Positions 49,362-62,000 of a stretch of DNA of 64,000 nt are shown one piece after another. The first letter of the stretch is position 1. The number at the start of each line of letters is the position of its first letter. The stretch comes from Neodothiora populina (Eukaryota): assembly GCF_041146345.1 (NCBI RefSeq), contig NW_027191405.1, positions 1,612,001 to 1,676,000 of the forward strand, written 5' to 3'. Below the pieces are notes generated by a model that was given only the letters and a program-made list of their open reading frames with translations, did not search any database and was not told the DNA's origin. A program made the position numbers and the translations under genes.

Positions 49362-49367
49362 TTTTTT
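49362..49367 (+). terminator. Pol III terminator (T6) of the tRNA gene
   Basis: TTTTTT three nt after the discriminator base. Confidence 0.8.
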
Positions 49368-50021
49368 GCTGTTTTGTTCCTCGATCGCAGGACATTTATT
49401 TGTTTTGACGCACAGTGGCTATTGCATGGACAGGAAATACACCGATATTTTTCGCCTTGGTCCCGGGTCGAATCAGGCGTACATGTATAAGTCTTCGCCG
49501 AGCTCTTAGTTCAAATATTGCTGGCACATGGATCTCTTTGGTAAGGTATGACTATATCGTAAGCGATAGCTTTCATCGTCCCCGTAACTATCGACTGTAA
49601 AGCTCCATTTGGAGAGAAGCTTCTGTGGAAATGCTTTTCTTCTTTTCGGATCATCCAATCGACTATCGGATGTTTGAATCACTCGAGACGTGACATGTGC
49701 CCGTCGTCCTCTAAGCTCTTTCCATGCACGCTCCACTTCGTGTCGTATGTTCATCGACCATCATCATGGAACAGAGACTTCGTTGCCTCGACCGTGAGCA
49801 AGGTACTTGTGGGACGTTGATGTTCGATTGAGCCTAGATAGGCTTTGACACGACAACGTAAAGCTTCTCGCGGCCTCTGTCTCGATTGCGTCCGGGGGAG
49901 AAGGAACAAGTAGATGCATACATCATTTATAAGCCCCTACTTTCCCATCATTCAATTAGCACATCTTGCATCCTTTCCCCTTAGCCCAACAAACTATCTG
50001 TCACCAAGAGTCCTCCATCCA

Positions 50022-50549
50022 TCAATTAATAAACTTCTCCTCGACCTTGGCGCCCTCCTTGACCCACGCCGCGAAATCGCCCCTCGCCCGTCTGATATCC
50101 AAGAAGCCCGCTCTCTGCTCCAGCGCAGCGTACGGGTTTCCTCGCGGGCCCAACTCGTCCTTGTTCTGCTTGCTCTTCTCGCGCTCGAGCTTGCCGGCCC
50201 ACACGCGCCATTGGATTGGTTTTAGCTCTGGAGAGCCCAGCACGATGCCGACGCAGATGAGGAGGACGGAGACGAGGGTTTCTAGTGTTACGTCTAGGGG
50301 CAGGTCAAGGGTCGGGAGGATGTATGAAAAGGCTGTTGATGTTGATGATGGTGTTGAGGATAGTGTGGGCGCTGCTGATGCTGAGGGGAGGGCTGTTGAT
50401 AGGAGCGAGTGCTCGTGCGCGCTGTATACACTGTTGTTGTTGATTGTTAGTTGGCTTTGGCCTTTTTTATGGTTCGGTGATAGAGGTACGTACGCGTGTG
50501 TGAGCAAGACTACGCCTGCGACATTAAGGGCATTGGCCAGGAATCCCAT
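50022..50549 (-). CDS. EMC5: ER membrane complex subunit 5 / MMgT family; exons 50549-50494, 50430-50022
   Basis: GVVLLTHA/VYSAHEH, LPLDVTLETLVS, LKPIQW, RAGFLDIR; two TM segments; intron 50493-50431. Confidence 0.88.
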   Translation of the reverse strand: MGFLANALNVAGVVLLTHAYVPLSPNHKKGQSQLTINNNSVYSAHEHSLLSTALPSASAAPTLSSTPSSTSTAFSYILPTLDLPLDVTLETLVSVLLICVGIVLGSPELKPIQWRVWAGKLEREKSKQNKDELGPRGNPYAALEQRAGFLDIRRARGDFAAWVKEGAKVEEKFIN

Positions 50550-51156
50550 ATTGAGATGTTGCTGTGAATTGTAGTGGCGAAAATGGGTAAGGTAGCTTTG
50601 CGTGCGAGAGGTCCTCTGGCATTCACTTGTGCGTCACAAGCTAATTGCAAATCCAAAGTAAGGTAAGGCAGGTAACACGATATAGTGGCTGCGACAAATG
50701 TCCTGATGATAGAGAAGCAATGAAGTCAGACTAGCCCCGGAGATTTCCCTTTGCGCCGCCAGATCTCCTCCGTCAGGAACAACTCCTACCTTATGCAGTC
50801 ACCATCAACGATTGCATACATCACTTTAATCATGTTTCACCTTTGGTCTTGACATGACCTTCCCACGTCACGATAGTACCATTTGATTGAACTCGACTAA
50901 AGCTAAAGGACAAATGTTGTTCGACGAATACTCAGAGGACTTAACACATGAAACGAGCAAGTCCCGAACACCAAGGGCTACCCTGTCCATATCACACCCC
51001 ACATATCATACAACGTATCTCTACCGTCTAGCCACCGATGATCGTTGAGCACTATTTAGACTCTTCGAATAGCAAGCGTTATGACTATTTGTGATAACGA
51101 CATTTTTAGATTATACATCGCATCGGCCAGGTGTGCCAAAGTTCTTCGCCTCATGA

Positions 51157-54100
51157 TTAAGAGTGACTAGTTTCACTGGATGTGCTGCTCAGCCTTTCCG
51201 ACGTCTGGAACAATAGGTCGAGTTGCGAACGTGCGTTCCTCCCAAGACTCATGGCCAAGAATCGTCGAGCAATTGTTTCCTACACCAGTTAGACACTAAA
51301 CCCAAGGGACTAAATGCCTCGCACTTACAGCATCATTCAGCTCTGAAATCTCATCCTTTGGCATATACGAACACGCAGCTATAAGGTCTTCGCCACGTGC
51401 AGTTCGCAGGATCAATTCCTCGGCTCTCTGTGTGACCCCTCGAGGTATGCCATTCATCGTAGCGCAGACTGTCCCATAGCTGCTGATGCTACGACCCTGC
51501 TTGTAGCTATACCCTGTGTAAGTCACTTTCTCATCAAGGTTTCATTAGCTACCTACGTGTACAAATATGTCACTTGACCATCAGTATGCGGAGCGTGGGC
51601 ATCGATGTGTACTTCTAGATGCCCAAAGGCGAGTGAAGGCCCCGCTCGTAGAAATCCGCCTTCGAAGATCTCTGTGAAGGACATCAGTCATCCAACCACC
51701 CACGAACCTCGATACTCGAACCATGAAAATGTGTTGCTGCAAGGACTTTGGGACTTTCCGATCCACGATTCAGGAGATGCCTGTACACCCCAGCCGCCAG
51801 TCCGGCACCATCTTGATGTCACATTAGTTCGAAATCACCATTTGGCATCATAACACAATCAAGAACACACCCTGTGCTTCAGTTCCCTTGCCGAACTCAT
51901 CCACAATGAGAAGACTGCGCCTTGTTGCTAAATTCAACGCCATCGACATTTGCTGCAAGTCAGTCATGAACGCACTCTGAGCCTGCTTTGATCAGTATGT
52001 TCAATCGGAAATTCTACCCGTTAGGACTCACCCTCGAGACGCTCTCACGAGTCGCTACTCGTGTCAGGATCTTGTCCGTCAGGCCGATCTGTGCGCTATC
52101 AGCAGGAACGAAGCAGCCGACGTGAGCCATGTATACTATTAGTGCAACCTGCTTCAGATACACACTCTTGCCTGAGTAGTTGGGTCCTGTCACCAAGACC
52201 ACTGAAGGCCCATCGCTCCGATCTCTTGCGGTGCGGTTTGGTCGGTCTTCACCAACGACTGCGGCTTGAGAGGCTTCAGTGTCAGAGCAGTCACGCTATG
52301 CTCGCTCTACATCGCCCCCTCCGCCAGCAATGAATGTGTCGTTAGGAACGTAACTCGCCACACTCAACTCTTGCAGTATATGACGACCACCTTTTATGCT
52401 GATGATGTTACGTCCGGTAAGATCTGGTCTTGTCAATTTGTACCTCTTTGCGCCTTGCGCGAGAGCGACTAGGCTGCCATCGTCAGGTAAAATCGCATGA
52501 TATTCACTAGGCGCATCGACACTTACCAGTCGAGTTCGCCGCAAAGATCCGACACCACGGCAATTGTAACTTCGTGCTCCAATATCTTCTCTGCCAATTC
52601 CTGGACTATCTCGATCTCCCTGTCTGGAAAACAATCAGTCTTCGATCTGTCGCAACATAATCTTTACGAAAAGGTATTAGTCCGGACTTTACTACGTTAA
52701 CATACCACAGATGTTCCCGTATATGTCGCCGAAGTAAGCATCCATCTCGGTCATTTTGTCGTTCTTGTAATACACAACTCTTTCGGTCGTGAAAGTCTTT
52801 TCCCAAGGATCACGGTCGTCACCCCCCCATATCCCTGTGCCAGTCTCGGGGTCCAGATCAACAGCGATGAGAAACCCAATTTGTGGGAAGAATATGACGT
52901 TAATCTCGACGTTGATGCCTTGTGGCATACTTAATGAGACGTCTTCAGCAACGCGGGCTAGTATGTCTTCAAGACCATCATACGTATGTTTCAATTGATC
53001 GAGCTCTTCGTCTATGCCGATCTTGACGACCGTCCGACCATACTCTCGCGATAGTTCGAAGTCAACTATCTCGCTTACGTTACGTCCGATTGCGGCAAGA
53101 CGATGACGCTCGAATTTGTCAAAGATCTTCCTATGCATCACAAGCCCTTCGGCTCCAACGAGTTCCTCGAATACATCCGTGATCTTCAGGGCTTGGTAGA
53201 CGAACAGGCGTATATTGGCCCAGACTGGTATGGCAAGTCTACCATTTCCACCAGCACCTGCACTCAGACCTTTCCGAAGGCCCACCAAGACTTGCCGCAT
53301 GTTTTTGACTTGACCAAGGCTCTTGTTGAGGTCTTGTAGGTATGCATCATTCTCGGGCCTCAAGAAGACGCTTATTGAGGCATACCGCTCTTTGATGACC
53401 GCCTCGTTCACACTTGGGCGTAGGAAGTACTGTCGCAGTAAGTGTTTACCTTGAGAAGTACGGGCAAGGTGCTGGAAAAGGCCATAGACCGAAAGGCCTT
53501 CTTTCGAGCCAGAGCCAGTGTTCGTAGGGCCTTGTTTGTGTGAATGCGGATGTGCCTCCGATTGAATTATCTGCAAAGACAGAAGAGTGTCCGTGTTCAC
53601 AAACCTGTCATCGATGTCAGACATGGAGATGTCACAACACAATGGACACAGAACCTACATGGATCCGCTCAGGCTGAACATCTCAAGGTGAGTGATTCGG
53701 TGCAACCCCTGAGAAGCTGGATCGCCGGGCAGAAACATTGTGCCTCTTTTCTTCTGGATATATGTGAGAATCGAGCCCGCACAACCTACCGTGAAGCGAC
53801 TTTCAACGTCAATCCAACCGGCCAGTTTCAAAAGCGTACCCTCACGCCCAACAAACTCATATTCTCCGCCAGGACCTGAGTTCGCATCAGCTATAACATC
53901 ACCGGGAACCACGAATGTCACACGCGGGCCCCTGAGGTCGCCCAAGTCGAGGTTGATGAGCTTGGTCTTTGCTGTTTCAAAATTGAAGTCTGAGTTCGGA
54001 CGAGGCGTACAGATGTTCGACAGATCAAATGTTGTGCCTACAAGGCAAATTAGCAAGAAGACACGGTTCAGCATCCTTTGACTTCGCTCACCGTTACCAT

Positions 54101-54691
54101 CGTCAACATTGTGCCGCTCAGGATCAAGAACATCAAGAATCTCGTCATCCAGCCGTACAGGGTGCAGGATAAGGGTCGGCTCGATGAATATCTTCACTAT
54201 TGTGTGTCAATAAAGTACAAAATGCAGTCTCATGGTAAGAAAGATGTTCATGTACACGCTTCAACAATATCAGCGCCACCCAGCTTTACATCCTCCATGA
54301 AGTACAATTTTTCTTCAGCAGCGACATAATAAGCACAACCAACAGTGCCCCTATCTTTGACATCAATAGCCATAATGATCTCGTTGGAGGCGTCGTCGTA
54401 ATCGTTGGCAACATGGGGCTGAGGTCTGCGATGTTGGGCGCTCGAATCATCTAAGACCTGGTCTGTTTGCCGCGAAAAGGGATGCGACTGATCAGACTGC
54501 AGTGGCATATTGGCTTGATGTGCACTTCTCGAATGAAATATCGGATATAGATCGCGCTGGTTTGGCAGGGCGCGAGGATGAGGATTCGAAGCAGGGAGAT
54601 GGCGACGTTGAATCTGGCGATGAGACACACTATCCGATGTACTCAGACTCTCAGTATCCCTTGTAGCTACAAAGGAAGATGGAAGAGCCAT
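51157..54691 (-). CDS. MSH5: Meiotic MutS homolog Msh5, multi-intron; carries one in-frame TAG at 52298-52296
   Basis: IMAIDVKDRGTVGCAYY, DTLLSLQI, KEGLSVYGLF, FFPQIGFL, GRHILQEL, VTGPNYSGKSVYLKQVAL, SAFMTDLQQ, DEFGKGT, ATHFHEIF. Every other exon junction I traced splices in frame. Confidence 0.88.
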
Positions 54692-55094
54692 TTTTGAGTG
54701 ATTGTGTGAGACAAAAGTGTGTATAAGTGAGCTCTGAGAATTGAGATTGAAATGCTATTTGGCGGGTGGACGATCATACCAGGAAGTCGCCGTGGACTCG
54801 TGCCTTCCGTTCTTATCTTGTGGGAACGTGACTGCAGTCTGAACTCCGAACAGAGCATCTCTCATCATGTCGGTCGTCACTTGCTTGGATTGCTAGTACA
54901 GAAAAAGTGATATGTATATGTACAGTGTCATTATGCTAACCATCTTACATGAATCGTAGATTCGTATCGTGTCCCATGCTATGATGGCTGAGTGTCCTTT
55001 TTCCTTTATGTACAATATGGTATACAGCGCGCTGAGCAGCGTCTAAATGCATTCGTTGGTGAGAAATGGTGAATCCGTTGGAGTGGAGGGGCAT

Positions 55095-57455
55095 TTATGC
55101 AGGAACAATGTCGAGATGTTCGCCGCCTTCTTGGATGGTGACCTTCGCAGTGGTGCCAGTCTTTATACCGCCGCGGATTATCTGGTCCGCCAAAAGATTG
55201 CCGACTTCCTTGGAGATGAGACGGTTGAGTGGGCGAGCGCCGTAGCGAGGGTCGTAGCCTTTGTCACAGAGCCATGCCCTGACATCCTCTGGGACATCGA
55301 GGGTGATGCGACGGTCGTCAAGTCGAGCCTGGAGCTCCTTCAGTCTTATATCGACAATGTCCTTCAGCGCTTCCTTCGAAAGACGCTTGAAGATGATGAA
55401 CTCGTCGATACGGTTGAGGAACTCTGGAGGATACGATGCTTCCGTTACATCCATTACTCGCTGTTTGACTTCAGGAGAGATCTCGCTGCCGGTACTTTCG
55501 TCTTCTACCAAAGCCTGGGCACCAAGATTTGAAGTGAGTACGATCATAGTGTTCCTGAAGTCGACCTTGTGGCCCTGCGAGTCGGTCAAGAAACCTTCGT
55601 CGAGAACTTGCAGCAGGAGAGTGGATATGTCCTTGTGAGCCTTTTCAAATTCATCGAACAGTAACACTGCGTACGGCTTTCTGCGAACGGCCTCGGTGAG
55701 CTGACCAGCGTCTTCGTAGCCGACGTAGCCAGCAGGACTTCCGATCAATCGACTGACGGTGTGCTTCTCTTGGAACTCACTCATATCGAAGCGGATGACT
55801 GCGGACTCGGTCGAGAACAGGAAGGCGGCCATTTGCTTGCAAAGTTCTGTCTTGCCCACACCTGTTGGTCCGAGGAACATGAATGAGGCCAAAGGACGAT
55901 TTTCGCCACTCAAGCCAGCACGCTGCATGCGAACCGCATTGGCGACGGCATGCAGTGCCTCGTCCTGGCCGCGGACATGTTGTCTCAGAGAATCTTCCAT
56001 GTTGATCAACTTCTCGATTTCGCCGCTCATGAGCTTCGATACGGGTATGCCTGTAGTCCTTGAGACAACCGCCGCTATGTCGTCGGAAGTGACGGAGTCA
56101 TGGATCAAAGTGTCGCCGGAGCTGCCCTCGTTCGGTTGTTCTGCACCCTCTTCCGGTAGCTTTCTCGCCAGAGTTGGAATGATGGAGTATCGCAGCTCCG
56201 AAGCTCTGGCGAGGTCTCCGTTACGCTGGGCAATTTCGAGTGCGTTGCGTGCAGCCTCCAGCTCGGCCTTGGTGCTTTTGATTTGCTCGATTTCAGCGCG
56301 CTCCTTTTCCCACTTCTCGGTCAAAGCTCCAGCCTCGTCTTGTTTCAGTGTGAGGCTCTTCTCCAGTTTTTCGCGTCTCTCCTTGCTCGCTATGTCAGTC
56401 TCCTTTCGAAGTGATTCGAGCTCGATCTGGATGGTCATGATCTGTCGGTCAAGCTCCTGAATGGCGTCTGGTTTCGATTCTTGCTGTAAGCGCAGAGCGC
56501 TTGCGGCCTCATCGACCAGGTCAATTGCCTTGTCTGGCAAGAAGCGGTCGGTGATGTATCGGTTGCTGTAGGTGGCAGCGGCAACAAGAGCATTGTCGGT
56601 GATGCGAACACCGTGATGGACTTCGTAGCGATCCTTGATGCCTCGGAGAATCGATATGGTGTCTTGAACACTCGGTTCGTCCACCAGTACAGGCTGGAAT
56701 CTTCGTGCCAGAGCGACATCTTTCTCTATCAGTCGGTATTCGTTGAGGGTGGTGGCGCCACAGCATTGTAGTTCGCCTCGCGAAAGAGCGGGCTTGAGCA
56801 GATTGCTGGCATCGATGCTGCCTTCTGCTTTGCCCAAACCTAAGAGGGTATGGAGCTCGTCGATGAAGAGAATGACCTTGCCGTGGGCGTCTTCTACTTC
56901 TTTCAAGACTTTCTTCAATCGTTCTTCGAAATCGCCTCTGAACTTGGCTCCGGCGATCAACTGACCGAGGTCCAGTGAGATGACTCTTTTTTCTTTGATG
57001 CTTTCCGGCACGTCTCCACGGACGATACGCTGGGCCAGGCCTTCGAGGATGGCCGTCTTTCCGGTGCCAGCTGCGCCGATCAACACCGGGTTGTTCTTAG
57101 TTCGGCGCGACAGGATCTGAATGGTCCGTTGGATCTCTGAGTCTCGGCCAATGACCGGATCCAGCTTTCCATCCTTAGCTCTTTTGGTCAGGTCGACACC
57201 ATACTCCTCCAAGGCCGACTTTTCCTCTCCGCCTGACATATCCATACGGTGGGTGCCCCCGGGGGGATGCGGTCGTCCGCTGGCGTAGGTTCGGCATTGC
57301 AACGCTGTAAGGGGACGAAGGGCGGACGAAGCAGGTCGTAGTAATGAAGTTGATGTCCGCAGTGTCAACGGCGTGCTTCTGACTTGGAGTGTGCGAGGTA
57401 TGCGTGCGGATTGTGCTATGCGCCGGGTGGCACATTTACTTCGTGATGCTAACAT
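55095..57455 (-). CDS. HSP78: Mitochondrial ClpB-type disaggregase Hsp78 (an upstream in-frame ATG at 57593 also exists)
   Basis: Arg/Ser-rich presequence, no ClpB N-domain, two AAA+ modules ([40 protein letters not shown]). Confidence 0.95.
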   Translation of the reverse strand: MLASRSKCATRRIAQSARIPRTLQVRSTPLTLRTSTSLLRPASSALRPLTALQCRTYASGRPHPPGGTHRMDMSGGEEKSALEEYGVDLTKRAKDGKLDPVIGRDSEIQRTIQILSRRTKNNPVLIGAAGTGKTAILEGLAQRIVRGDVPESIKEKRVISLDLGQLIAGAKFRGDFEERLKKVLKEVEDAHGKVILFIDELHTLLGLGKAEGSIDASNLLKPALSRGELQCCGATTLNEYRLIEKDVALARRFQPVLVDEPSVQDTISILRGIKDRYEVHHGVRITDNALVAAATYSNRYITDRFLPDKAIDLVDEAASALRLQQESKPDAIQELDRQIMTIQIELESLRKETDIASKERREKLEKSLTLKQDEAGALTEKWEKERAEIEQIKSTKAELEAARNALEIAQRNGDLARASELRYSIIPTLARKLPEEGAEQPNEGSSGDTLIHDSVTSDDIAAVVSRTTGIPVSKLMSGEIEKLINMEDSLRQHVRGQDEALHAVANAVRMQRAGLSGENRPLASFMFLGPTGVGKTELCKQMAAFLFSTESAVIRFDMSEFQEKHTVSRLIGSPAGYVGYEDAGQLTEAVRRKPYAVLLFDEFEKAHKDISTLLLQVLDEGFLTDSQGHKVDFRNTMIVLTSNLGAQALVEDESTGSEISPEVKQRVMDVTEASYPPEFLNRIDEFIIFKRLSKEALKDIVDIRLKELQARLDDRRITLDVPEDVRAWLCDKGYDPRYGARPLNRLISKEVGNLLADQIIRGGIKTGTTAKVTIQEGGEHLDIVPA

Positions 57456-57634
57456 TTTGGCGGTAGACTCGGGAGGAGGGAAGGAAGGAAAGACCAAGGA
57501 TGGAGGCAAGGAGAGTCTAATGTATAGCTGCTTGGGAGACAAGACAGCACTTGTAGCGGCCCGCAGGAGGGACAATGGGTGCTGTGAGTGCAAGTGCAGC
57601 TCCCAGTATCTCCAAGTGTGTCCAAGTATGCACT

Positions 57635-57649
57635 CGAATCATCTCGAAG
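57635..57649. promoter_or_regulatory. Imperfect heat-shock element upstream of HSP78
   Basis: cGAAt-cATCt-cGAAg is nGAAnnTTCnnGAAn with one mismatch, about 180 nt upstream of the ATG. Confidence 0.4.
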
Positions 57650-57940
57650 ATGCAGCGGCATGTGACGGCATGCCGGCGTGAGTCATGCTGGAATCAGATA
57701 TCTGACTCGGCGACAGGGTACCACCTACTCACATGACTCGAAAGAAGAGTAAAAAAGAACACCTGCTCCTTTCGGAAGATGCCACCGCCCGGACCTCACA
57801 GATTTTCTCAGAGCAGCCCGACAAGCACGCTTCGAAGCCTCAGCTCATCCACCAACTCTTCCCTACCCCTCATCACTGTTGATTTTTTTGGATAGAGATA
57901 CCCAAGTGTTCCTTGTTTATCCTACCACATATCTTCCAAA

Positions 57941-59026
57941 ATGGGTTTCACCGATTTCCTCTCCGATGCTGGTCTCGCTCGTGAGTGCCACCTGCCCGAC
58001 TCACTGCTGTCAACCCCTCAACAGCTATTTTCTTCTAGCTACATATGACCAATACTGACGGCGCCATTAGTCCTTGAGAACTGGACCAAGACCAGATCCT
58101 ACATTGTCGGGTGAGTCTCCTCTGCTTCTCAATCCTCTCAATCCTCTCAATCCTCTCGCTCCTTTCTTTGCTCCTGCCTTTTCATGATGAGATACAATTG
58201 GTCCGTGTTTATGAGGCGGCTTAAGACCCCGCTGTCCGATTACAAAACCATAGCGCTTGTCGCTCCTCTGACTCAAACCTGCGTGTTCTTGCCGATATCT
58301 GCTTCGTTTCGCCCTCGGGAGCGAACAGCGTCACTGACACCCCTCAAAGCTACGGTCCTTCCCAGGCCGATGTCAAGACCTTCCAGGCCTTGAAGTCCCA
58401 GCCCGCCGCTGAGAAGTACCCCCACGCCTACCGCTGGTACAAGCACATCGCCACCTTCGAGTCCGAGTTCTCTTCTCTCCCCGGTGACCCAACCAAGGAG
58501 TACACCGCCTACGGACCCGAGTCTTCTGACCTGACCGTCAACCCCGCCAAGGCTCCCGAGAAGGAGGACGACGACGACGACGATGTCGACCTTTTCGGCT
58601 CCGACGACGATGAGGAGGAGGACCCCGAGGCCGTCAAGGTCAGAGAGCAGCGCCTCGCTGAGTACGCCGCAAAGAAGGCCGGAAAGACCAAGCCTGCCGC
58701 CAAGTCCATCGTCACCATGGATGTCAAGCCCTGGGGTATGTTTCCCTGTTGTCTGCTCGCTTTGTTTCCTCATCATACTGACTTTGTAATTACTAGACGA
58801 CGAGACCGACATGGCCGAGCTCGAGAAGTCTGTCCGCTCCATTGAGAAGGACGGTCTCGTGTGGGGTGGCTCCAAGCTCGTCCCTCTCGCTTTCGGTGTC
58901 AAGAAGCTCCAGATCAACATGGTCATCGAGGACGACAAGGTCTCTCTTGATGAGCTCCAGGAGGAGGTCCAGGAGTTCGAGGACTACGTCCAGTCTTCCG
59001 ACATTGCTGCCATGCAGAAGTTGTAA
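57941..59026 (+). CDS. EFB1: Translation elongation factor 1-beta; exons 57941-57980, 58071-58110, 58350-58735, 58797-59026
   Basis: [69 protein letters not shown]; strong codon bias. Confidence 0.97.
58127..58157. repeat. (TCTCAATCC)3+ tandem repeat in EFB1 intron 2
   Basis: Read directly. Confidence 0.85.
58184..58271 (+). ncRNA. snR18: Box C/D snoRNA snR18/U18 in EFB1 intron 2
   Basis: Box C ATGATGA (58184-58190); guide TTGGTCCGTGTTT (58198-58210) complementary to LSU rRNA AAACACGGACCAA; D' ATGA; box D CTGA (58268-58271). Yeast snR18 is also hosted in an EFB1 intron. Confidence 0.9.
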
Positions 59027-62000
59027 AAAGCTCACATGAACATGAGCAAGGCGTTTAAAGAGGAAGGTGCTCTCAATCGAGTCATGTCAGCAGCTGTATT
59101 GACTGCAAAACAAAAGTGCATCACGTTCCTCTGATGGATCAAGAGGGGCAGTCGCATGCCTTGCAACGATGGGTAATGAGCTTCATGCATCTAGAGAGCG
59201 TATTTAAATGATCAAAAAAGAATTCAGCTCACCCTTTTTTTCTCTTCATATGAACAACATGCTATGTGGTCACTAGATTTCTGGGAAGAGGACAGTTATC
59301 ACGAGAGAAGCGCTCTTGCCAACAAGCATTTTGCGAACATGATATTCTGCACTATTCTTTGAATGAGCATTGTATAGCTTCCGGTCTGTCTGCAAGGTAC
59401 AACTGCACAGCTTAGCGAGCCTTTAACCGCCGAGTACATACCTACATTCAATTTACAGTGTTCTTACAAGTAGAAGACAACCGGCTTTCTCTTCCTTCGT
59501 GTTGCCCTTTTGTATCTCCGGCCCTCTGCAAATTGCGACAATCATAATATCCTCGTAACTTCTTTGCGTGGCTCGATAGATACAACGCCACATCTAAAAG
59601 GCCCTCCGCGGCCATAACTTACAAGCCTTACCAGGACGGTATATTATAGCGAACACGAAGCCATACATGACATGAAGAAAGAGAAACATCTATCATCGAG
59701 GAGCCACTGGCTGAACGATGAGAAAGCAAGAAGAGAAAGCAAAGCACGTCTGCGCCCTTCGAGTAATGCTTTATCGTTTATATAACTCCCAATAAAGCCC
59801 TCTTACGCCTCCAACGACCGCCATTATCAAGTAGTGCATCTCATGTCCATGCCACCCACGACGGAGGCGCAGAGGAAGAAGATATTACCAAATATCGCTC
59901 AACCGATTCCGAACACACCGAGAAAACCACATGAGAGTCTAAGTCTGAGGTCAAATGCTTATGCTATGGGACGTCGTTACTCTCATCGAGACGAGGGTTT
60001 GTCTCTTATGTGCCACTTTTGACGCCTTCGATAGTCCTATGCGCTGGAGGCGTACACATGTTGTTGAGAAAGAAACGTGGCGACGATTACCGATCGGGAT
60101 CTTTTCTCTCACGAGACGCCTCGGTGCATTGCCATGTGCGGGCTTGATCAAGCAGAAGCAGAGACAAACACGATTACTCCGAGTCCGCTCACAATCTTGA
60201 TCTTTTGGTCTTTGGGTACAGCAACGACACATTTCCCTCGTGATATGTGTATGTCTTGACCCCAGTCTTCACACCGTTAGAACAACATCCACTACAGTCT
60301 AGAACACGCAGAGACGCCAAAGACTGAACGTCATGGAAAGGGCATCCAGACCGCAGAAATGGTGTTCACTTTTCAAAGTGTGGATCAGGTACAACGGGTG
60401 TCACATATGTCTGTTTTGGGACTTTCGTCGGAGGGAGCCGATGGAGGATTTCCGACCGGACCACAAGGTAAGAAGTCAAGAGAACCTTTGCAAGCCGAGT
60501 CACGCTTGCCGATACTATATTATGTTGACAAAGTGAGGAATGTAGTACATACGGCCACAGGCAGCTGAGAACTGGGCATCCCGTCCGCTCTGCCAGACAT
60601 AAGCAGTTGACCGGCTGATTAGTACTACGGTGGGTGACCACGTGGGAATCCCAGCTGCTGTATGTTTCTTTTTCTGCCCACTATACTCCAATCAGACACA
60701 AATGGCACAGGATTGACCTTTCGTGCTATCGGATGTTGTTTTATGTTTTCGATGTCTGCCTAGCAGCAATAGATCCAGAGATGTGATGCCAGTAAGTGAA
60801 CGTTTTGTTGACGATAGAACGGACGACGACCGTCCGCTTGGTTTATTTCTTTCGACGACAAGATACGCAGTGAAAGAGATGCCAATGTAAATAGAAATGA
60901 AAAGCATGACGATACGATAAAAAATGCTCGAAAAGTCCTTTGTAGTCGAACGAGTCGCACCTGCATCGATGAGATCTAAGTGAAGCAAGCACGAAACATG
61001 TGGTCTTCACTTATACCTCACTTATCTCCATTAAACGACTGGGGCTCGATTGATTTCACTCTTTACTTGACGATCTCTTATAGAGCCTTTTGAAAGTATG
61101 CCCGTAGCTCTCCTGTTCTCTCTGGTGTCGTACTCGACTCCGAGTCCACCTGGGAAGCTCACGGACATTCATACGGAGGTAGAACCTCACATCTCCCTCC
61201 AGGACAAAAGAGTCTGTGAGCAAGGCGAGCACACAACCAATTGTCCAGCCCCCATCACCCCACACCTATTTCATTTCACGCACACGCCGTACGCTCAACC
61301 GATATAGCCCCGAGCACACCTAACTCAGTAAAGGAGAGGAGGAATTAAGGAAATAAGAGGGCGCCGCGCACGTATACTTTCCCACCCCATGCTCACCTCA
61401 CCTCGCTTGTATATGGCTCCCCCACCCTTCCACCACCTACGTATGTGCCCGGACCGCCGACAAGATCGCGATCAAAGAAACCCACAAAGAGGAAACATCA
61501 GGCAGGGAGAGTCATGGTCAAAGCCTAGGCCGCCGCCGTGGAGAAGAAAAGGATATACTCACACTACCACACTATGCTACTGTTGATGGTGGGAAGTAAT
61601 GATGGCCCAATAAAGTGGCTGGCAGGTTATTGTCATAGCCGGCCGAGTGAACTCGTCAATGGACTGGATAGAGTAGACTCGGGGAAATATATCGCGAGGA
61701 ATAGCATGTCAAATCAAAGAATGAATAGTAAACGATGGCTTTACGCCTCTTGGCTCACACGCCTCAGTGGTAAAGGAAAAAAGGACTAACTTACGCGCCA
61801 CTACTCCATCCGGAGACTTTTACCGCGACGAGTAGAGAAGAAAGAAAAAATGTCATATCCGAGACGTCGACAAATTCAAAGAAACATACTTTTTTCTTTT
61901 CCACAAAAGACATAAAAAAATAAGAACAAAAGGAAGAGGCTTTTCACTTTTCCACCAACTGCATGGACGGACGGCTGGAAATCTACCAACATATCCATCT

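Noticed and set aside
52274..52310. Possible 37-nt intron (GTAGAG...CTGAC...AAG) removing the MSH5 TAG
   Set aside because: Poor donor, very short, and splicing it would put the Walker A exon out of frame.
55261..56460. Long + strand ORFs antisense to HSP78
   Set aside because: Typical antisense shadow frames of a conserved, codon-biased gene; no independent motifs.
58273..59035. Minus-strand ORFs over EFB1
   Set aside because: Antisense shadow of a highly codon-biased gene.
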